A stretch of DNA of 29,202 nucleotides, from the NCBI GenBank assembly GCA_033551855.1, contig JAWSUI010000045.1:1-29202 (forward strand). Reading direction: 5' to 3'. Shown here piece after piece: positions 24,901 through 29,202 of the stretch (its first letter is position 1; each line of letters starts with the position of its first letter). Position numbers and translations under genes: made by a program. Source of the stretch: Deferrisomatales bacterium. GTDB lineage: Bacteria; Desulfobacterota; Deferrisomatia; Deferrisomatales; JACRMM01. Below the pieces are notes generated by a model. The model was not told the origin of the DNA. It ran no database searches and saw only the letters and a program-made list of their open reading frames with translations.

Positions 24901-26304
24901 GAGGGCCACGGCCCCGAGCTGCGCCACGGTCTCGATGCCGTGGAGCTTGCGGCCCTGCTCCTCGATGAACGATCCCGTCCCGGCGCTGCACGCCTCGTTC
25001 ATGGCGGCGTCCACCACCCGGCCGCCGGCCAGCCGCACGTACTTGGCGTCCTGGCCGCCGATCTCGAAGATGGTGTCGACGCGGGGGTCGAAGGACAGGG
25101 CGCCCTCGGCGTGGGCGGCGATCTCGTTGAGCACGTAGACGCTGCCGGGGCCGTAACAGATCGTCAGCAGCGAGCCCACAATCTCCCGCCCACTCCCGGT
25201 GGCCCCCACCGCCCGAAGGGGGAAGGCGCCGGCCGGCCCGTCCCGGAAGCACGCCATCAGGGCCTGGGCGGCCCCCACCGGGTTCCCTGCGGTGCTCCGG
25301 TACTCCTGCCAGACCACCTCCCCCGTGGCCGCGTCCACGGCGACGGCCTTCGAGCCCGTGGACCCGATGTCGAGACCGAGCACGACCTCGCGATCCGACC
25401 TCTCGGCCGGGGGCTCGGGCGGGGGGAGTCGGCGGACACGGGCCAGGGAGTCGCGCAGGGGGGGCACCTCCTCGAGGCGCGAGCGGACGGCTCGGGTCCA
25501 GACCCCCGCCAGGGCGGGCAGCGGCTCCCGGCCATCGGCGGCGAGCACCGCCGCCCCCAGCGCCTCGGCGAACAGGGCCGTTTCGGGGTCCAGATCCAGG
25601 AACTCCATCCCGTGGCGGTCGAGGAACCGTCGAAAGTGCGCCCGCACCCGGGGCGAGCGGGCCACCCCCCCCAGGAGCGCGACGCGGCGGGGGCTCACCC
25701 GCGGCTTCACCAGCACCTGCACGTTCTCGCACACCGCGTCGAAGAGCCCGGCGAGGATCCGGGCCGGGTCCTCGCCCTTGTTGGCGAGGTGGGTCATGTC
25801 GGTCTTGAGGATCACGGGGCATCGGCCCGAGAGGGGAGCCGGGTCGGCCACACCCGCGCAGAGGTCGGTGGCCTTCTCGAGGGTGAGGTGGAACCGCCCC
25901 ACCAGTTGGCGCAGGAAATTGCCCGTGCCCTGGGAGCAGCGCGAGCTCTCGCGGAAGACCTGCGTACCCCCCTGCCGGAGCTCGAGCACCGAGAAGCCGT
26001 GGCTCCCGATGGAGACCAAGGTCGCTTCGGAGGGTCCCCCCAGGAAGCGGAAACCCAACACCTGGGCCTGCTTGACGGGCACGCGCCGCAGGGCGGCCTG
26101 GCGCCCCAGGCGGCCGGTCACGGCCGCGCCGGCCGCGCCCTCCCATCCCCAGGCCCGCAGCCGCTCGACCAGGAGGGCTCCCGGGTCTTTGTGGTGCTCC
26201 CCCGTCCAGCGACGGACCCAGCGCAGGCGGCGTGCCTCGCCCTCGAGCTCGACCAGCTTCAGGGCCTCCGCGCCGATGTCGATCCCGAGGAAGCGTCGCT
26301 GCAT
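21943..26304 (-). CDS. Multidomain CoA-activase/reductase-dehydratase fusion (2x BcrAD_BadFG plus DUF2229-type domains), PlsA/PlsR- or Ger-like
   Basis: 1453 aa. Activase motifs GLDIGSTGSK, NEIAAHA, IFEIGGQDAK, MNEACSAGTGSF and GQHCSVF. Later motifs FCAP, CPIVQ, LGRPY, NYSCGPDSF, IETDGHSGDAGTRTRVEAF, SGKECVP, GPCRFGVY, VGEIYVR and GPLECMP. SD GGGAGG precedes ATG 26304. Confidence 0.9.
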   Translation of the reverse strand: MQRRFLGIDIGAEALKLVELEGEARRLRWVRRWTGEHHKDPGALLVERLRAWGWEGAAGAAVTGRLGRQAALRRVPVKQAQVLGFRFLGGPSEATLVSIGSHGFSVLELRQGGTQVFRESSRCSQGTGNFLRQLVGRFHLTLEKATDLCAGVADPAPLSGRCPVILKTDMTHLANKGEDPARILAGLFDAVCENVQVLVKPRVSPRRVALLGGVARSPRVRAHFRRFLDRHGMEFLDLDPETALFAEALGAAVLAADGREPLPALAGVWTRAVRSRLEEVPPLRDSLARVRRLPPPEPPAERSDREVVLGLDIGSTGSKAVAVDAATGEVVWQEYRSTAGNPVGAAQALMACFRDGPAGAFPLRAVGATGSGREIVGSLLTICYGPGSVYVLNEIAAHAEGALSFDPRVDTIFEIGGQDAKYVRLAGGRVVDAAMNEACSAGTGSFIEEQGRKLHGIETVAQLGAVALEAGSGVSLGQHCSVFMAEIIDEAVAAGVDQPAIVAGIYDSIVQNYLNRVKGTRSVGGVVFCQGMPFAADALAAAVARQTGCEVIVPPHPGTIGALGIALLTLRHAELRPEGLEPERFLSARVEGKSTFVCSSDQGCGGAGNKCRIDRLETVVEERRARFTWGGGCSLHDKGTRRRKLPDRAPDPFRERRELVERMVEGLSPPPDRPVVAMTDELQLKGLVPFFATFVHALGFGVRVYTGADPAMLKRGIEDAQIPFCAPMQQFHGLCSAMAGGGADYLFLPMLRDLPRVADEPSSVTCPIVQAAPDVLRWDLGNRAAPALLTPVVEMGPGNLDSPELLESCRRLAAELGVYGSAWRRAHRAASVAHRRFEEKCLALGRRALAFCADRGLTPIVVLGRPYTIHNAVLNSNVPAILREQGAVAIPVDCYPVREDVPVFRDMYWGHGQRNLRAAEQIRRTAGTYGLYCSNYSCGPDSFTLHFFAYLMEGKPYAVIETDGHSGDAGTRTRVEAFLHCVAEDLAAGGTGGAGGRLDAVERDRQRMADVVAGGEHVLIPHMGPGSESLAACLRGIGVPAEALPPVDRHALRMGRRHTSGKECVPMTLTLGSLLNRLEGERETDTRFSLFMPNAAGPCRFGVYNTLHKITLERLGWKDRVRVWTPSAEGYFEGVPPGFATLAFAAFMAVDLLLEGLYDTRPVETRPGAAAEIFARRKAELLAVLERAGRSGLPLPEALLEVSSGRLYGCTEVLSGAARELAAVKGEREIPSVLVVGEIYVRCAPFANDFVIDRLEARGIRSRFAPFYEWVEYCNYINAKEGRHKGLGDKATSLVQRRIQRLAWDAMAGALGWPSRMTVRHCLEAAAPWLREKLEVESVLTLGGPVYEWRRGHIDGVVSVGPLECMPNKIAESQFFHVAETEGLRSLTLSLNGDPVDPEVLDQFAYEIHEDFRQRRDRHAPGSPAAVVPLRCPEAPARDADDEEAGRVGASHR

Positions 26305-26442
26305 CGGACAACCTCCCACGCGGCGCCGTCCGGAACCGTCCGGATGGCCCCAAAGGTGTTCGCCCCAGGCGGCCGAGCTGGGCCTGGGGCGGAGCCGGGT
26401 ACCGAGAGCGAACGGGGTGTTTTCCCCGCGGCGGTCCCGCCG

Positions 26443-26471
26443 AGTCTACGGTCCGCTCCCGGTCAATGCAA
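26443..26471 (-). promoter_or_regulatory. Putative sigma70 promoter for the activase fusion gene
   Basis: Minus strand TTGCAT-N17-TAGACT, about 140 nt upstream of the start. Confidence 0.4.
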
Positions 26472-26499
26472 GGAGGAAGACGGCCCATGATTGACCCGC

Positions 26500-26616
26500 C
26501 CGGTCGGGAACCCCGGCGGGAAATCCCCCGCCAGCACCCCCCGATCCCGGTCTCCCCCGGGGCGGAGCGGAGGGGCTCGCCGACCCCGGGCACGTGTCGG
26601 GCGGAGGATCCAGGGG
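26500..26616 (+). repeat. Dispersed hairpin repeat, copy F (right arm intact, left and centre decayed)
   Basis: cggggcggagcggaggggctcgccgaccccgggcacgtgtc...ggatccagg matches the right ends of copies A and B. A residual left arm ggtcgggaacccc lies at ~26502. Confidence 0.75.
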
Positions 26617-26724
26617 CGGTCTGCCCCCTCGTCCCCGGAAGCCCGGTGATGGTACCATGCAGCCCGGTCCGACCTCGGATCCCCGAGCACCGCGTCCCCT
26701 CTTGCCGTCCAGGTTCCGTTCGCC

Positions 26725-29025
26725 ATGACCCGATCCCGGAAACGCTCCCCGGCGCGACGACGCCGCAAGACCCGGCGCCGCCTCCCGCTGCTTCGTTTGG
26801 GGCTCGGGGCGCTGGCCCTGGGGCTCCTGGCGCTTCTCGTCTACGTCTGGCACCTGGACCGGGAGGTGCGACAGCGCTTCGAGGGGAAGCGCTGGGCGCT
26901 GCCGGCGCGCGTCTACGCCCGGCCGCTGGAGGTCTACCCGGGGGCGCCGCTCGGGCCCCAGGACCTCGTCCGGGAGCTCCGGCTCCTGCGGTACCGCCCC
27001 GGCTCCTCGACCCCCGAGCCCGGCACCTACCACGTGGGGGACGGCCGCGTGCGGCTCCACACGCGGCCCTTCGAGTTCTGGGACGGCCCGGAGCCCGGCC
27101 GAGCCCTGGCCGTCTCCTTCCACGGGGAACGGGTCGGGGAGGTGCGCGACACCGGCACCGGCCGCCCCGAGGCCCTGGTCCGCCTCGAGCCGGCCGCGAT
27201 CGCGAGCATCTACCCGGCCCACGGAGAGGACAGGACCCTGGTCCGGCTGGCGGAGGTCCCGCCGCTCCTGGTCCAGGCCCTCATGGCCGTGGAGGACCGC
27301 TCCTTCCGGATCCACCGCGGGGTCGACCTCAAGGCCGTCGCGCGGGCGGCGGTGGCGAACCTGCGGGCGCGCGAGGTGGTGCAGGGCGGCAGCACGCTCA
27401 CCCAGCAGCTCGTGAAGAACTTCTACCTCACCTCGGAGCGGACGCTGCGGCGCAAGGCGAACGAGGCCCTCATGGCGCTGCTCCTGGAGTGGCGCTACTC
27501 CAAGGACGAGATCCTCGAGGCCTACTGCAACGAGGTGTACCTGGGTCAGGATGGGCGGCGCTCCATCCACGGGTTCGGGCTGGCGAGCCGGTTCTACTTC
27601 GAGCGCCCCCTGGAGGAGCTCTCCCCGCCCCAGGTGGCGCTGCTGGTGGCCCTGGTGCGGGGCCCCTCGCTCTACGACCCCCGACGCAACCCCGAGAGGG
27701 CGCGCGCTCGCAGGGACCTGGTGCTCGACCTCCTGGCCCGGCAGGGCCTCGTCGCTTCGGCGGACGCGCGCCGGGCGCAGGCGGCTCCCCTCGGGGTGGC
27801 GCCCCAGCCCCCGAGCGGGGTCACCCGGTACCCGGCCTTCCTTGACCTGGTGCGGCGCCAGCTGGCGCGGGACTACCGGGAAGAGGACCTGCGCAGCGAG
27901 GGGCTGCGGATCTTCACCACCCTGGACCCCGGGGTGCAGGAGGCGGCCGAGCAGGCCCTGGGCCGGGGGCTCCGGGACCTGGGGGGGGCGGAGCTCCAGG
28001 GGGCCGCGGTCGTGGCGGGCCCCGGCACCGGCGAGGTGCTGGCGGCCGTGGGGGGGCGTGACCCGGGTCTCGCGGGGTTCAACCGGGCGCTGGACGCCGT
28101 GCGGCCCATCGGCTCCCTGGTCAAGCCCGCCGTCTACCTGGCGGCCCTCTCCCGGCCCGACCGCTACACCCTGGCGACCCTGGTGGACGACTCCCCCCTG
28201 GAGGTCGAACTCCCGAGCGGACCGTGGTCGCCCCGGAACTTCGACCGCACGTTCCACGGGTTGGTTCCCCTCTACCAGGCCCTCGTCCACTCCTACAACG
28301 TGGCGACCGTGCGGCTCGGCCTGGACGTCGGCCTCGACCCCGTGCGGGACGCCCTGCGGGCCCTCGGGGTGGAGCGCGAGGTCCGGCCCTACCCGTCGCT
28401 CCTCCTCGGAGCGGTCTCCCTGACCCCCCTGGAGGTCGCCCAGATGTACCAGACCCTCGCCGGGGGAGGGTTCCGCTCGCCCCTGCGGGCGATCCGCGAG
28501 GTCCTCACGGCCGACGGGGAGCCCCTCCAGCGCTATCCGCTCACGGTGGAGCGGGCGGCGGACGCCCGCGTGGTCCACCTGGTGGACGAGGCGCTGCGGA
28601 GGGTCCTGGAGGAGGGGACAGGGCGCACCGCCCGCGGCCTCCTGCCCCGGGGCCTCGCGGCGGCGGGGAAAACCGGGAGCACCGACGACCTGCGGGACAG
28701 CTGGTTCGCCGGCTACACCGGCGACCGCGTGGCCGTGGTCTGGGTGGGGCGCGACGACAACGCGCCCATGGGGCTGACCGGCGCCGCCGGGGCCCTGCGC
28801 ATCTGGGCGGACCTCCTGCTGCGGGCCGGCGCGGCGTCCCTGGGCCCGGCGCGCCCCGAGGGGGTGGAGACGGCCTGGGTGGACCCGGAGACGGGGGAGT
28901 CCCTCGGCCCGGGGTGTCGGCGGTGCGTGGAGCTTCCCTTCCTGACGGGCAGCGCCCCGGAGCCGCCCCCCCCTAGCCCTGGCTTCGGGGGGCCGGTAGA
29001 CTGGCTGAGGAGGCTCTTCCGATGA
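26725..29025 (+). CDS. mrcB: Penicillin-binding protein 1B (class A, with UB2H domain)
   Basis: Basic N-tail and TM, then WALPARVYARPL. Glycosyltransferase motifs AVEDRSF, QGGSTLTQQLVKNF and RKANE. Transpeptidase motifs SLVK, SYN and KTG. Confidence 0.95.
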   Translation: MTRSRKRSPARRRRKTRRRLPLLRLGLGALALGLLALLVYVWHLDREVRQRFEGKRWALPARVYARPLEVYPGAPLGPQDLVRELRLLRYRPGSSTPEPGTYHVGDGRVRLHTRPFEFWDGPEPGRALAVSFHGERVGEVRDTGTGRPEALVRLEPAAIASIYPAHGEDRTLVRLAEVPPLLVQALMAVEDRSFRIHRGVDLKAVARAAVANLRAREVVQGGSTLTQQLVKNFYLTSERTLRRKANEALMALLLEWRYSKDEILEAYCNEVYLGQDGRRSIHGFGLASRFYFERPLEELSPPQVALLVALVRGPSLYDPRRNPERARARRDLVLDLLARQGLVASADARRAQAAPLGVAPQPPSGVTRYPAFLDLVRRQLARDYREEDLRSEGLRIFTTLDPGVQEAAEQALGRGLRDLGGAELQGAAVVAGPGTGEVLAAVGGRDPGLAGFNRALDAVRPIGSLVKPAVYLAALSRPDRYTLATLVDDSPLEVELPSGPWSPRNFDRTFHGLVPLYQALVHSYNVATVRLGLDVGLDPVRDALRALGVEREVRPYPSLLLGAVSLTPLEVAQMYQTLAGGGFRSPLRAIREVLTADGEPLQRYPLTVERAADARVVHLVDEALRRVLEEGTGRTARGLLPRGLAAAGKTGSTDDLRDSWFAGYTGDRVAVVWVGRDDNAPMGLTGAAGALRIWADLLLRAGAASLGPARPEGVETAWVDPETGESLGPGCRRCVELPFLTGSAPEPPPPSPGFGGPVDWLRRLFR

Positions 29026-29202
29026 CGCGACGCGTGGTGCTCTTGCCCCTCCTGGCGGTTGTGCTCCTCTCCGGCTGCGCCGGCGTGGTCGTGGACCGGC
29101 GCGGCTGGGCTACGGCCGAGCCCGTGGCCGCGCCGCCGTCCGCTGCGCCCCGCGCCGACGCGCCGGGGGCGGAGCCCGGCCCGACCGCGGCCCCCCCCGG
29201 GG
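29022..29202 (+). CDS. Lipoprotein, partial (runs off the window), possible PBP1B activator
   Basis: ATGA overlap with the mrcB stop. MTRRVVLLPLLAVVLLSGC has a lipobox and is followed by an Ala/Pro-rich linker. Confidence 0.75.
   Translation, partial: MTRRVVLLPLLAVVLLSGCAGVVVDRRGWATAEPVAAPPSAAPRADAPGAEPGPTAAPPG

Overview
High-GC bacterial DNA. Gene content suggests an anaerobic deltaproteobacterium-like host, possibly Deferrisoma-like; this is inference only. The window has two parts. (1) Positions 1-2710 are a mosaic of mobile-DNA debris: a tandem heptamer array, the 3' remnant of an IS91-family (Y2 HUH) transposase ending in an attC-like hairpin, an AT-rich cassette-like chimeric mini-ORF, two decayed copies of a RAYT 3' end, a 37-aa Lys-rich ORF, and an intact RAYT-type Y1 HUH transposase bounded by ~30-bp inverted repeats. 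(2) Positions 2724-29202 are housekeeping genes. On the minus strand lie bcp, nfi, DAHP synthase and uup. On the plus strand lie Na+-translocating decarboxylase gamma and beta subunits (beta N-terminally extended), a PPi-signature phosphofructokinase, a YajD HNH nuclease, a MacA/LolD/2xMacB-like ABC exporter, an orphan pseudoREC-PAS-GAF-PAS histidine kinase and exeA/exeB. These are followed by a 1453-aa PlsA/Ger-like activase-reductase fusion (minus strand), mrcB (PBP1B) and a partial lipoprotein. Six intergenic spacers carry full or partial copies of a ~210-nt imperfect-hairpin repeat. The copies show compensatory base changes and all share the same orientation. This repeat and the IS91/attC-like junction are the most intriguing signals. 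All alignments and pairings were done by eye; no database searches were run.
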